From: a virus | DNA: 64,000 nt | Virus record (IMG/VR): IMGVR_UViG_3300036945_001058 | Strand: one strand, 5' to 3' | Shown: positions 39,413 through 49,613 of the stretch, in pieces | How the letters are laid out: each line of letters opens with the position of its first letter | Numbering within the stretch: the stretch's first letter is position 1 | The notes under the pieces: generated by a model | What the model saw: only the letters and a program-made list of their open reading frames with translations | The model's database searches: none | What the model was told of the DNA's origin: nothing | Made by a program: the position numbers and the translations under genes

Positions 39413-40348
39413 ATGAGTGCTTTAAAAACAGTTGGTGTTATTGGTGCAATTAGCGGTGTGGGGTTGATAGGGTTTTATTTATTCAATAAATATAAGCCGA
39501 CAATTGCAGAAACACAAATAGATGAATTAAAGGGCGAAGGATATGTGCTTAAAGTTGACAAACCAGAACATCGTAAGATATGGAGTATTGTTGCTCAATA
39601 TGGATATGATAATTTAGGTAAAAATCAATCGTATATTGACTTAAAAAAGCAATTGATAGAGCAAAAAAACCTAGTCATAACTAATGAACAATTTAATAAT
39701 CTTGAACGATTTATTGTTGATATGAATAAAAAAGGTGTTTTTGAAAAAATTGTTGGAGCAGAACTCGCAAAAATTAACAGTCAAAACTTTTGGTTTGAAA
39801 AAAGAACTAAAGGAATTGGTGATGACGTTTTTGATGCTGACAAATCGTTGGTTTCGTTTAACAAAGTTGTTAATTGTGAATATAAAACAGGAGAAAAAAA
39901 CCCTTGTACATACGATTATATCCCATTCAAAGGTAAGGACTATTGGCGTTACGCCTCTAACGAGAGCACGCCTTATTTTTGGAGTACACCTTATCCTTCA
40001 GGTAAAGATATACGAATAGTTTCAGACGATTGTGTAGAGTTAGATTTAGCAATGAAACGAATAACCGATAGAATTGCAGAACAAACAAGGACTAAGCCCA
40101 ACGAAGACAATAGACAGGTTTTGCTTTGGTATAAAGACATACTTGAAGATTATTTTAGATTTAATAGTTGTGGAGACAAAATAACAAAACAAAGATTTTT
40201 GGACTTTGGAAAAAACACAGCTTTAAGTGTTATCACATCAGAAAAAAGTGTTCTAGGAGCAAGCCAAAAGAATCAAAATATTTATTTAGGAATAGGAGCG
40301 TTAGTTTTAATATTAAGTGCAGGAATGTTAACGAGTGGAAAAGATTAA
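39413..40348 (+). CDS. membrane protein anchored at both ends
   Basis: Hydrophobic N- and C-termini. Confidence 0.7.
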   Translation: MSALKTVGVIGAISGVGLIGFYLFNKYKPTIAETQIDELKGEGYVLKVDKPEHRKIWSIVAQYGYDNLGKNQSYIDLKKQLIEQKNLVITNEQFNNLERFIVDMNKKGVFEKIVGAELAKINSQNFWFEKRTKGIGDDVFDADKSLVSFNKVVNCEYKTGEKNPCTYDYIPFKGKDYWRYASNESTPYFWSTPYPSGKDIRIVSDDCVELDLAMKRITDRIAEQTRTKPNEDNRQVLLWYKDILEDYFRFNSCGDKITKQRFLDFGKNTALSVITSEKSVLGASQKNQNIYLGIGALVLILSAGMLTSGKD

Positions 40349-40401
40349 TCGGATTATATACTGGTTTTAATTTTTTTTTAACCTAATAAAAAAAATAAAT
40401 A

Positions 40402-40764
40402 ATGAATTATAATAAATGTGGATTATTAGGAAATACAGGTTCTGTACAGTTATATAAAGATTTTGGTTGCGGTGCTAATAAAGAGTTAGAAAACTGCTCG
40501 TATTATCAATATAAATTACAACAAAACCCTAACGACAAAAGTTTTCAAGCATTAATGAATAATTTTAAATGCACTGATTTGTTAACTGCAAAAGCAAATG
40601 AAACAGTAACAGATATTTTAAATACTTATTCGGATTATGACAAAACGAGAATAGAAGCCGAGTCTAAATATCAAAGAAATATGAGGATATTTATAGCTGG
40701 AATATTCTTTTTAACAGTAGTAGGTGTTTTTGCTACAAGAAAAACGGTTTTAATTAAGACTTAA
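40402..40764 (+). CDS. Cys-containing protein with C-terminal TM
   Basis: C-terminal region resembles that of the previous gene (C.D...K/A...E..V/I). Confidence 0.65.
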   Translation: MNYNKCGLLGNTGSVQLYKDFGCGANKELENCSYYQYKLQQNPNDKSFQALMNNFKCTDLLTAKANETVTDILNTYSDYDKTRIEAESKYQRNMRIFIAGIFFLTVVGVFATRKTVLIKT

Positions 40765-40832
40765 TAATTGGAATAGTCTAACAATAAAATATTTTTAAAT
40801 TAAATTTTATTTTAAAAAGGAAATTAATTTGT

Positions 40833-40840
40833 TATTTTTG
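40833..40840 (+). promoter_or_regulatory. -7 promoter element TATTTTTG
   Basis: TAnnTTTG match about 30 nt before ATG 40869. Confidence 0.5.
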
Positions 40841-40868
40841 ACAAAGAAACCATTTAAACTAAAACGCT

Positions 40869-41264
40869 ATGATTGAGGGAATTGTTGAGAAAATTATGAT
40901 GACTGGAATTAATAAATATGCAAAAGCATACGAAACATCAAATGATAATATACAAATTAAAGTAACTGATAATAAAAATGGAACTGTTTTATACACTATT
41001 TGCAACGACTTTAAAGATGTAGAAAATATTTCTTTTTTAAATATAATGGATAAAAAAATAGATTTTTTAGGGTACGAGGCATTGGCTTCTCCTTTTTTAA
41101 AAAAGGCATTAGAAATATTTGCTAAAGAATTAAATTGCGAAGTATCAAACGTTAGTTGCTTTATAATGAAGCATAAAAAAACAGTTGGCTTGGCTTTTTA
41201 TAATCAATTTAAAAACGGTAAAAATATCCTAATTGGCGAACAATTAAAAGAATTAGGATTATAA
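40869..41264 (+). CDS. hypothetical protein
   Basis: 131 aa ORF. Confidence 0.65.
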   Translation: MIEGIVEKIMMTGINKYAKAYETSNDNIQIKVTDNKNGTVLYTICNDFKDVENISFLNIMDKKIDFLGYEALASPFLKKALEIFAKELNCEVSNVSCFIMKHKKTVGLAFYNQFKNGKNILIGEQLKELGL

Positions 41265-41279
41265 ATTTATAATTAAAAT

Positions 41280-41585
41280 ATGGCATTACAAAAAACACAT
41301 CTCAATTCAAAAGACACGGTCGAAGTAAACGTTTCAGACATAACATGGATTAAAAATAACATATCTTCTATGAATGAGAAGATTCAAGAAGTAAATACTT
41401 CATTAGTTAAACTAAATCAAACCGTTATTGGAGATAAAACCTATGGTCAAATAGGATTAATAGAAAAAGTTGAAGAACATAATAGATATATAGAAAAAGA
41501 CAAAGATTTCAAATCGAAAATAATAGGAGGTGGCTTAGTAATCTCTTTTGTTTGGGCATTAGTGGTTAAGTTTTTTAAATTTTAA
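41280..41585 (+). CDS. coiled-coil protein with C-terminal TM (holin-like architecture)
   Basis: GLIEKV...IIGGGLVISFVWALVVKFF. Confidence 0.6.
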   Translation: MALQKTHLNSKDTVEVNVSDITWIKNNISSMNEKIQEVNTSLVKLNQTVIGDKTYGQIGLIEKVEEHNRYIEKDKDFKSKIIGGGLVISFVWALVVKFFKF

Positions 41586-41595
41586 AAAAAAAAAA

Positions 41596-43620
41596 ATGGG
41601 AACAGTAACAAGGTCAAGTCAGAACAATATTACGAGTCCGAACGGAAATAGTTTGGCAATATTTGTTGATGGCGAAAGTGAGGTAATGAAAGTGAAAGAT
41701 GTTCGTGGTAATATACAACCATTATCTGATTTTATTGAAAATAACGGCGGTAGTCCTTTTGAATACAACGAAGTTGTTGGTACTGGGATTCAGCCAACTA
41801 TGGGAGGTAATTATGCTTCTGCTGTTTTTTCAACAGTAGGTGGTGGCGTTTCAAATACAGCCTCTGGTGAAAATTCAACAGTTGGAGGAGGCTGTGGCAA
41901 TGTAGCTTCTATTACCAATTCGACAATTGGGGGAGGAAATAATAACTCTTCCTGTGGAGTAAATTCAACAGTTGGTGGGGGACGTAACAACACGTCTTAT
42001 GGGCAAAACTCAAAAGTAGGAGGAGGGTTTGGTAATTATTCTTCTGGTTTTAATTCAGTAATTGGAGGAGGATCTGGCAATATAGCTTCTAGTTCCGATT
42101 CGACAGTTGCAGGCGGTTCTAAAAACACTGCTTCTTGTAATTTTTCAACAATAGGTGGAGGACGTTACAACACTGCTTCTGGTTGTTTTTCAATGATTTC
42201 AGGAGGGTATAACAACATTGCTTCTGGTTGTTATTCAATTATTTCAGGAGGGTATGGCAACGATTCTACTGGTGGCTTTTCAATAGTTAATGGAGGGAAA
42301 AATAATAATTCCTCTAGTCTTTATTCAGTAGTTGGAGGAGGATTTGGCAACACTGCTTCTTATAATGGTGCAACAGTTAGTGGAGGATGTTTAAACACTG
42401 CTTCTGGTCAAGTTTCAACAGTTTTAGGAGGGTATTGCAACCTTGCTTCTAGTCCTTATTCAGTAGTTGGAGGAGGGAATCTCAACTCTTCTACAGGGGG
42501 TATGTCAACAATAGGTGGAGGATGTGGTAACACTGCTTCTTATAATGGTGCAACAGTTGGAGGAGGGACTGGCAACGCTTCTACAGCGAATAACTCAACA
42601 GTTGGAGGAGGTTTTTGCAACGTTTCTAGTGGTATATTTTCAACAGTTGCAGGAGGGTATGCCAACGCTTCTGTCTGTAACTATTCAACAATTGGAGGAG
42701 GAAAAAGAAATACATCTTCTAATTGTGGTTCAACAATAGGTGGTGGGATTTACAACTTAGCTTATAGTCCTAATTCAATTATAGGTGGGGGTGCAAATAA
42801 CAGCATTACATATAGTAATGGTGCTCCGTTAGGTGTTGGTTCTTTTTTTATTCCTAATTCAAATGTAATCGCAGGAGGGAATCAAAACTGTATTATTGGT
42901 ACTATGGATAGCAACCTACAAATAAGTAAACAAGCTAATGGAAATACAATTGGTGGAGGTGTTTGCAACGTTGCTGGTTATAATCTTACTGGTATTGGTA
43001 TTTATGACTCTGGGTTTGCAACAATTGGCGGTGGATATAAAAACACAGCTATAGGATTTTATTCAACAATAGGTGGAGGGGCTAAAAATTGTTCTCGTGG
43101 TGCAAATTCGGTAATTAACGGTGGTTATTGTAATAAAGCTGATGGTGTAAATTCGGTAATTGGAGGAGGATTTAAAAATGAAGAAAGTGGTTCACTTTCG
43201 GTAATTGGTGGTGGTTATTGTAATTCTATATATCAAGCTTGTTTTTCAACAATTAGTGGTGGGCGGAGTAACTCTATTGCTGGTTATGAATCGACAATTA
43301 GTGGTGGGCGGAGTAATTGTGTTAGTGGTGCAGTATCTACAATTTCTGGCGGAGGTCAAAATATTGCTAGTGGTTACTTAAGTTTTATTGGAGGAGGTCG
43401 CTATAATGTTACTTCTTATTCTAATACTGCGATTTTAGGAGGGGTTTTTAATAACGCAACTTGTTCAGAATCTATGATTGTAGGTAGTAATATAACAAGC
43501 AATAGAGATTGTACTACTTTTGTGAATAATTTATCTATTATGAATATTCCAACATCTAGTGCAGGTTTGCCTAGTAAATCAGTATGGAGTAATTTAGGAG
43601 TATTAACAATCGTACCTTAA
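41596..43620 (+). CDS. Gly-rich beta-roll repeat protein, probable spike/receptor-binding protein
   Basis: Dozens of ~14-aa STxGGGxxNxAS repeats (YadA-head/Hep_Hag-like). Confidence 0.7.
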   Translation: MGTVTRSSQNNITSPNGNSLAIFVDGESEVMKVKDVRGNIQPLSDFIENNGGSPFEYNEVVGTGIQPTMGGNYASAVFSTVGGGVSNTASGENSTVGGGCGNVASITNSTIGGGNNNSSCGVNSTVGGGRNNTSYGQNSKVGGGFGNYSSGFNSVIGGGSGNIASSSDSTVAGGSKNTASCNFSTIGGGRYNTASGCFSMISGGYNNIASGCYSIISGGYGNDSTGGFSIVNGGKNNNSSSLYSVVGGGFGNTASYNGATVSGGCLNTASGQVSTVLGGYCNLASSPYSVVGGGNLNSSTGGMSTIGGGCGNTASYNGATVGGGTGNASTANNSTVGGGFCNVSSGIFSTVAGGYANASVCNYSTIGGGKRNTSSNCGSTIGGGIYNLAYSPNSIIGGGANNSITYSNGAPLGVGSFFIPNSNVIAGGNQNCIIGTMDSNLQISKQANGNTIGGGVCNVAGYNLTGIGIYDSGFATIGGGYKNTAIGFYSTIGGGAKNCSRGANSVINGGYCNKADGVNSVIGGGFKNEESGSLSVIGGGYCNSIYQACFSTISGGRSNSIAGYESTISGGRSNCVSGAVSTISGGGQNIASGYLSFIGGGRYNVTSYSNTAILGGVFNNATCSESMIVGSNITSNRDCTTFVNNLSIMNIPTSSAGLPSKSVWSNLGVLTIVP

Positions 43621-43657
43621 CTGTTAATTAAATTTCAATAAATCTAAAAATATTTTA

Positions 43658-43665
43658 TAGATTTG
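43658..43665 (+). promoter_or_regulatory. -7 promoter element TAGATTTG
   Basis: TAnnTTTG directly before the ATAA array. Confidence 0.55.
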
Positions 43666-43666
43666 T

Positions 43667-43714
<48 letters not shown>

Positions 43715-44038
43715 ATGGAAAATTTCACAATTCACATCTTCGGTTACGGAGAAACTCAAATTAATTCAAAAGATTTGTCTATTAAAGTGTCTACCGATAC
43801 TTTAACAGCGGTAACTCCTTTGGTAGATGCTATTTTTGCAGAAAAACCATTAGAAAACACCTCTGTAATTACAGGATTTCACGCAATTAATATTTTCGGA
43901 TATAGAGATGTTCGATTTATGTCAAAGAAAGGATTTGACGTAAAAAACAATTTAGATTTAAAACCTCTTATTGATTCTTTGATTGCTGAACTACAAGTTG
44001 CAAGAGATAATAATCCAATAGTTATTCCGCAAGAATAA
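43715..44038 (+). CDS. hypothetical protein following the spike gene
   Basis: 107 aa ORF. Confidence 0.65.
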   Translation: MENFTIHIFGYGETQINSKDLSIKVSTDTLTAVTPLVDAIFAEKPLENTSVITGFHAINIFGYRDVRFMSKKGFDVKNNLDLKPLIDSLIAELQVARDNNPIVIPQE

Positions 44039-44191
44039 ATAAAACAAAACAGTTTATACTCGGCAAATCCTCTTTGTTAATTCAAATGAAGCCGAGTTAA
44101 GACTATTTAATTGTTTAGCCTAAATTTCCTATGCCTTTAAGCTAGTGAGATGTAAAGAATACAGAATTAAACCAAGTAACAAATAACAACA

Positions 44192-45010
44192 ATGAAAAAG
44201 ATTTTTTTTAATTCCTCCCTACCCCGTGCTGGGTCAACGTTAATTTCCAATTTAATTGCTCAAAACCCAGATTTTTATTGCACCCCTACCTCTGGACTAG
44301 CGGATTTGATATTAAACGCAAAAAACACTTATGCTCATTCACAAGCAATTTTAGCTCAAGACAAAATAGTTATGGAAAACGCTTTTTTGGGGTTTTGCAG
44401 AGCTGGTATGCAAGGTTTTTTTAATAACATTACCACAAAAGAATTTATTTTAGACAAAAGCAGAGAATGGAGTATTCACTATAACCTTTTAAATATGCTA
44501 AACGAAAACCCTAAAATCGTTTGTATGGTTAGAGATGTTCGTTCTGTTTATTCTTCAATGGAAAAAAACTTCCGAAAAAATCCACATAGGGAAAATCACA
44601 TTCAAAATGCACCGCAGTTAGTCGGCACTACATTAGATAAAAGAATAAATATTTGGGCAGATGGAATACCAGTTGGTGTTTCAATGGACAGATTAAAAGA
44701 CTGCATTCAGCAAGGTATAGCAAAAAAAATGTTGTTTATAAGGTATGAAGATTTAATGGTAAACCCAGAAATCGAAATGAAGCGTTTGTACGAGTATTTA
44801 GGCTTACCTTACTACGAAGCACACGATTTTGAAAATGTATCTCAATTAACCCACGAAAACGACCTTGTTCACGGTATCTACGGCGACCATACGTTAAGGC
44901 ACAAGTTTGAAATGAAACCAGACGACTATTATGATGTTTTAGGGTATGAATTATCCAATAAAATTAAGAATACCTATAAGTGGTTTTACGACTATTTCGG
45001 ATACGTTTAA
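44192..45010 (+). CDS. sulfotransferase
   Basis: SSLPRAGSTL (5'-PSB loop), DKSREW, MVRDVRSVYSS (3'-PB). Confidence 0.85.
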   Translation: MKKIFFNSSLPRAGSTLISNLIAQNPDFYCTPTSGLADLILNAKNTYAHSQAILAQDKIVMENAFLGFCRAGMQGFFNNITTKEFILDKSREWSIHYNLLNMLNENPKIVCMVRDVRSVYSSMEKNFRKNPHRENHIQNAPQLVGTTLDKRINIWADGIPVGVSMDRLKDCIQQGIAKKMLFIRYEDLMVNPEIEMKRLYEYLGLPYYEAHDFENVSQLTHENDLVHGIYGDHTLRHKFEMKPDDYYDVLGYELSNKIKNTYKWFYDYFGYV

Positions 45011-45017
45011 TATTTAT

Positions 45018-45779
45018 ATGATTTTTTTATTTACAGGGCAACCCCACGCAGGTAAGACAACATTAGCTAGATATTTACACTCTTTTTTATTAGAAAACTC
45101 AATAAAAAATACATTTTTAATCGATGGAGATGATTTGAGAAAAATAAATAATAATAAAGATTATTCGGAGCAAGGGCGTAGAAGCAACATAACCCAAGCG
45201 TTCTCAATAGCAAAATATTTAGATTCTTTAAACCACGATGCAATTATAGCTTTAGTTTCTCCTTACAAAGATATGAGGGAAGAACTAAAAGCAAATTCAA
45301 ACGTAGTTGAAGTTTATGTACACACTACAGAAAGAAGAGGTAGAGAGGGTTTTCACGTTGAAAATTATGAACCACCTACTGAAAACTACATCAATATAGA
45401 TACTACTGATGTAGATGAATTATCGTCTATGAACGAACTATTTAATCACATTCAAAAATTCATTAAAATGCCACCAGAAAAAAACGAGTTAAGCAAGTTA
45501 GATTCCGTTCAAAAATTCATCCTCGAAGGTAGAGAAGTCGTGCTGAAAAAAGAAGATGAAACTTCTTTTGTCCGCATATATAACAACAATTCAGCCACGC
45601 AATCTTCTGAAAAATGGTTGTTAATCATAAATGGTAATAAGTTTCATACAAGTGAAGTAAATATAAACTGCCGAACAAGAACCTTTACAGGTAAATTTGA
45701 AGATATGGATATTGAAAATCACATAGTTTGCGATGCAAATGAAGTAAAATTCAAAAACAACATAGCTACTATAATCTAA
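45018..45779 (+). CDS. cysC: adenylyl-sulfate kinase with C-terminal extra domain
   Basis: Likely start is ATG 45018; FTGQPHAGKTT, LIDGDDLR, DYSEQGRRSNI, LVSPY, YEPP. Confidence 0.8.
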   Translation: MIFLFTGQPHAGKTTLARYLHSFLLENSIKNTFLIDGDDLRKINNNKDYSEQGRRSNITQAFSIAKYLDSLNHDAIIALVSPYKDMREELKANSNVVEVYVHTTERRGREGFHVENYEPPTENYINIDTTDVDELSSMNELFNHIQKFIKMPPEKNELSKLDSVQKFILEGREVVLKKEDETSFVRIYNNNSATQSSEKWLLIINGNKFHTSEVNINCRTRTFTGKFEDMDIENHIVCDANEVKFKNNIATII

Positions 45780-45821
45780 ACAAGAACAAGAAAAAACAAC
45801 AATAAATTAAAACTAAAAATT

Positions 45822-46151
45822 ATGGATTTTATAACAGATAAGACAATTTCAAGCGAGGAATACGAGAAGTTAAGAAGCGATAGTTTAGAATTGCAACTAC
45901 TTAAAAACCATAAGTCAGTAAGTTACAAGAGACATCTTTCAAAAACTATTAGTTATAGAGTTTTAGGTTCTTTTCAGACTTTTTTGATTTCATATTTTAT
46001 CACAGGTGATTTTTTGGTTGCGGGTAGTGTCGGCTTGACCGAAATTTGTATTAAGCCAATTGTATATTTTCTTCACGAAAGAGCTTGGTACAAATTATCA
46101 GATTATGGAATTTATATTAAAAAAATACAGATTAACAAAACCACAAAATAA
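45822..46151 (+). CDS. DUF2061-like membrane protein
   Basis: RHLSKTISYR...K...YFLHERAW. Confidence 0.75.
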   Translation: MDFITDKTISSEEYEKLRSDSLELQLLKNHKSVSYKRHLSKTISYRVLGSFQTFLISYFITGDFLVAGSVGLTEICIKPIVYFLHERAWYKLSDYGIYIKKIQINKTTK

Positions 46152-46185
46152 AAAACAAAAATCATAATTAAAAAAAACAAGAAAC

Positions 46186-47061
46186 ATGTCAACAATAATA
46201 TTTTCTATCGAGGGTGGTCTTGGAAAGTCAATAATGGCTACCGCAGTATTAAAAGCAATTAAAAAACAATATAAAAAGTCAAATATCATTGTTATTACTG
46301 CTTATCCCGATGTTTTTATCGCTAATCCAAACGTGAATAAAGTTTTAAAATTCGACCAGTTAAACGGAATTTACGAAAAAAACATTATGAATAATAAAGA
46401 CTGTAAAGTTTTTGTTGCAGACCCTTACCATACTTCGGATTTCATCACAGAAAGTAAACATCTGATTCAAATTTGGTGTGAAATGTATGGTGTAAAATAT
46501 GATGGCGAAATGCCAGAATTGTTTTTGCTTAAAGCAGAAAAAGAATACTTTGAGCCTTTTTACAGATTGGATAAGCCTATTATGGCAATTCAACCAAACG
46601 GAGGTGCGATAAATCAACCTTTAAAATATTCTTGGACAAGAGATATTCCTGCTCCAATAGTAGAGGAAGTGATTGAGTGCTTTAAAAACGATTACGCTAT
46701 TTTGCATATAAAAAGGGAAGACCAAATAGCATATCCAAACACACTTCAAGCCCTTGATAACTTCAGAAGTATTGCGGTTTTATTAATTATGTCGAAAAAA
46801 AGATTATTGATTGATAGTAGTGCAATGCACATAGCGACTGCTTTGAATTTACCTTCAAATGTTGCTTGGATAGGTACAAATCCTAAAGTTTTTGGTTACG
46901 ATATTCATACAAATATTGTTGCGAACCAACCGACCAGAGAGCTTGATTTAAACCACTCACATTATCAAAAACATTTGTTGTTTCAAGATATTAGCACAAT
47001 TCCTTATAATGATTTAAGCGAAGTTTTTGATAAAAAATTGATAATTAATTCTTTGAAATAA
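46186..47061 (+). CDS. glycosyltransferase, GT9-like
   Basis: EGGLGKSIMATAVLKAIKKQY, IDSSAMHIATAL. Confidence 0.75.
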   Translation: MSTIIFSIEGGLGKSIMATAVLKAIKKQYKKSNIIVITAYPDVFIANPNVNKVLKFDQLNGIYEKNIMNNKDCKVFVADPYHTSDFITESKHLIQIWCEMYGVKYDGEMPELFLLKAEKEYFEPFYRLDKPIMAIQPNGGAINQPLKYSWTRDIPAPIVEEVIECFKNDYAILHIKREDQIAYPNTLQALDNFRSIAVLLIMSKKRLLIDSSAMHIATALNLPSNVAWIGTNPKVFGYDIHTNIVANQPTRELDLNHSHYQKHLLFQDISTIPYNDLSEVFDKKLIINSLK

Positions 47062-47117
47062 TTATTCAAAGAATTAATTTTGTAATATTGCTATATTTAT
47101 AAAAATTAAGTGGTAAA

Positions 47118-47621
47118 ATGGAGGATTTAGAATTAACAGATACAATAAGGCAAGGAATTGTTTTTAAAGCGGACGGTTCAAACTTTATGGAGCAACTAGA
47201 GTGTATTGAAAATTTGTTAATTAGCAGTAATTCATCAGATATAATTATAGGCAATTCAGACGAGTTGCCTTTAACTCATTCTTTTTCTGATGGCATATAT
47301 GTCAGAGAGATTTTTATTCCAAAAGGAATGTTTGCAATTGGAAAGGTTCATAAACTGAATCACACTTTCTTTTTAATGAAAGGAAAAATGCTGTTGTATA
47401 GCGAAAGAGGTGTAGAGGAGATTGAAGCTCCTTATTATGGAAATTCAAGTGCGGGAACAAAAAGACTTGTTGTCGCTTTAGAAGATATGGTCTTTGTAAA
47501 TGTATTTCCAAATCCAAACAATATAAAGGAAGTAGACAAATTAGAAGATATATTTTATGCTTCTTCTTATGAAGATTTTCAGAATTATAAATCGTTAAAA
47601 AAACAATTATGTCAGGAATAG
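47118..47621 (+). CDS. cupin-fold protein
   Basis: HSFSDGIYVREIFIP...GKVHKLNH...GTKR. Confidence 0.7.
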   Translation: MEDLELTDTIRQGIVFKADGSNFMEQLECIENLLISSNSSDIIIGNSDELPLTHSFSDGIYVREIFIPKGMFAIGKVHKLNHTFFLMKGKMLLYSERGVEEIEAPYYGNSSAGTKRLVVALEDMVFVNVFPNPNNIKEVDKLEDIFYASSYEDFQNYKSLKKQLCQE

Positions 47622-47956
47622 CGGTAGCAGGGATAGCTGTGTCGGTTGGAATGGGTTTTTTTTCTGCGGAATCAGCAAAAAAACAGTCTGAAAAACAAAT
47701 GGCTCAATTATGGAATCAAGAAACTATGAAAATAGCTTCTCAAGAAAAACTTTTTCTGGAGCAAATTCGCACTGAAAACGAAACAGAGCTTATCAAAATA
47801 TTTTCAGAAGATATGTTGAAATATCGAGAAGCTTTACAAAAAGAAAGTACAATTAGACTTCGTGATACTTGGATTTATGTCGCTGGTCTTGGTGCTGGGA
47901 CAAGTGCTATATACGCCGTTTCTTTAATGTATTCCAAATCAAAAACAAATGGATAG
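47609..47956 (+). CDS. virion membrane protein (Gly/Ala-rich N-terminus)
   Basis: MSGIAVAGIAVSVGMG; C-terminal hydrophobic segment. Confidence 0.65.
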   Translation: MSGIAVAGIAVSVGMGFFSAESAKKQSEKQMAQLWNQETMKIASQEKLFLEQIRTENETELIKIFSEDMLKYREALQKESTIRLRDTWIYVAGLGAGTSAIYAVSLMYSKSKTNG

Positions 47957-48338
47957 TATTTTTTTTAATGTTGGAGGTGAAAGCGTAGCAAGTGGTAGTA
48001 CTAGCGGAATAGCTGGGTATAGCGATGTAATTAAGATTGTTGCCGATTTAGGGATTCAGTATTTGTACGCTAAAAAAGAAAAAAAAAAATACGAAGAGTT
48101 AATCCAACGAATAAGCGAGCTTAATACTCAAGAAAAGGAAAAGTTAAAAAAACTTTTAGAAAAGTCTCTAAATGAAGTTGCTAAAACGCAAGTGATAATT
48201 GAATTTCTTAACGAAAAAAAAATAAATGATTTAGAAGCTGAAACTAAAAAAAAGAGAATTGTATCTTTAATTGCGTTAGGCATTGGGGTAATTATAATGG
48301 GATTAATGTTTTATAAATTAAATAAGCAAAATGGATAA
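47949..48338 (+). CDS. membrane protein starting MDSIFFNVGG
   Basis: FFNVGG motif; C-terminal TM. Confidence 0.7.
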   Translation: MDSIFFNVGGESVASGSTSGIAGYSDVIKIVADLGIQYLYAKKEKKKYEELIQRISELNTQEKEKLKKLLEKSLNEVAKTQVIIEFLNEKKINDLEAETKKKRIVSLIALGIGVIIMGLMFYKLNKQNG

Positions 48339-48684
48339 AGAAACGAAGACGGTTATAGTGTCAATTGGAATTGCATTAGTAATTCTTTGGATTTTTAAAC
48401 CAAAAAACAGCACTAATAGCGACTCTAAAACAGACGATGTGTTAGTCGATAAGTATCAAGCACCTAGATTAGTTGCTGAAGATGAAAAAAAATTAAAAGA
48501 CGAAGCAGTGGTTGGATTAAAAGCAATGCGTGAAGCTATTAATAACGGAGAGTCGGCAAGGGAATTAGATAAACTGAAAAATGTAATTTTACAAGAAAAC
48601 AGCATCAAGATTATGATTTCTAAAAAAACCAAGAAGTTAAGAGCGATGGATAAAAAAGGAGAAGTAATTGCTGAAGAAGAATAG
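48331..48684 (+). CDS. N-terminally anchored protein
   Basis: VIVSIGIALVILWIF. Confidence 0.7.
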   Translation: MDKETKTVIVSIGIALVILWIFKPKNSTNSDSKTDDVLVDKYQAPRLVAEDEKKLKDEAVVGLKAMREAINNGESARELDKLKNVILQENSIKIMISKKTKKLRAMDKKGEVIAEEE

Positions 48685-48686
48685 TT

Positions 48687-49154
48687 ATGGCGGGTTTGTA
48701 TGCACCAGTAGTTACTTCATATCCAAAAGGAGTATTTTCAATAACAAGCAACAAAGGAACTCCATACCCTTTGATACAAGAGTCTATGGGTAGTTACCAA
48801 TACCGTATAGATGAAATTTATTTACAAGCAAATACGGCACAACAATTATTTCAGCCTATAAGCTTTAGGAGTTATGATGCTAATGGAACTGTAAATATTG
48901 TTGTAGATGTTATAACTATCAATCCTTATCAGAAACAAAACTCACTTTTTATAAAGCCTGTAAATAAAAATCTAATTCTCGATGGGCGTACATCTATAAA
49001 GTTTGATTTACTACCAAATGAAGAACAAAACATGGTCTTTTTTACTACCGAACAGTCAAATGATTACGGTTTAAAAGAACCAAATTTCTTTGACGATTAT
49101 TTTTTTAAACAACAACAAGACGATTTTTTTAATGGGTTTGTCGAGCAAGTTTAA
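48687..49154 (+). CDS. paralog of the capsid candidate (minor or second capsid protein)
   Basis: YLQANTAQQLFQ...DANG...TINPYQKQ...LDGRTSI aligns with YIQSATTNQVLQ...DANG...TIDPYQQQ...IDGFTKI. Confidence 0.65.
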   Translation: MAGLYAPVVTSYPKGVFSITSNKGTPYPLIQESMGSYQYRIDEIYLQANTAQQLFQPISFRSYDANGTVNIVVDVITINPYQKQNSLFIKPVNKNLILDGRTSIKFDLLPNEEQNMVFFTTEQSNDYGLKEPNFFDDYFFKQQQDDFFNGFVEQV

Positions 49155-49611
49155 TAGGTTGGGTCTTTATAAATTAAAGATTGAGAACAGAAGTCAAATA
49201 GTGTCTAAACTAAAAACAGGAGACACAATTACAACAAAATCCACATTAATACCTCTTTACGTTCACTACGGAATAATTGAGAGAATTGAAGACGAGATAT
49301 TTATAGTGCATTTACATCCAAATAAAGTTAATTCTAGTGGGGGTAATTTAATTAAAGAACCTTTAACTAAATGGCTTGTAGGAGGTAGAGAAATTGTTTC
49401 AATTCAAGAAACAAATTTAGATTCAGCTACACTAGACCAACTTTATAAAGATTTAAAAGAACAAAAATACGACCCTATTAATTACAACTGTGAGCATTTT
49501 GTCAATTTTGCAAAAGGAGATTATTTTGTTAGCAGACAAGTGATTAGATATACAGGAATACTTTTAATAGGTGTTTTTGTATATTATTTGATAAAAAATA
49601 AAAAAATATAA
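49132..49611 (+). CDS. LRAT/PLAAT-like H-box/NC protein (permuted papain-like NlpC/P60) with C-terminal TM
   Basis: VHYGII...VHL...YDPINYNCEHFV; likely start is ATG 49132. Confidence 0.75.
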   Translation: MGLSSKFNRLGLYKLKIENRSQIVSKLKTGDTITTKSTLIPLYVHYGIIERIEDEIFIVHLHPNKVNSSGGNLIKEPLTKWLVGGREIVSIQETNLDSATLDQLYKDLKEQKYDPINYNCEHFVNFAKGDYFVSRQVIRYTGILLIGVFVYYLIKNKKI

Positions 49612-49613
49612 TT

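Noticed and set aside
44058-44097. Structured RNA or riboswitch (ACTCGGC...GCCGAGT)
   Set aside because: Only a 7-bp stem with a long AT-rich loop; no recognisable family features.
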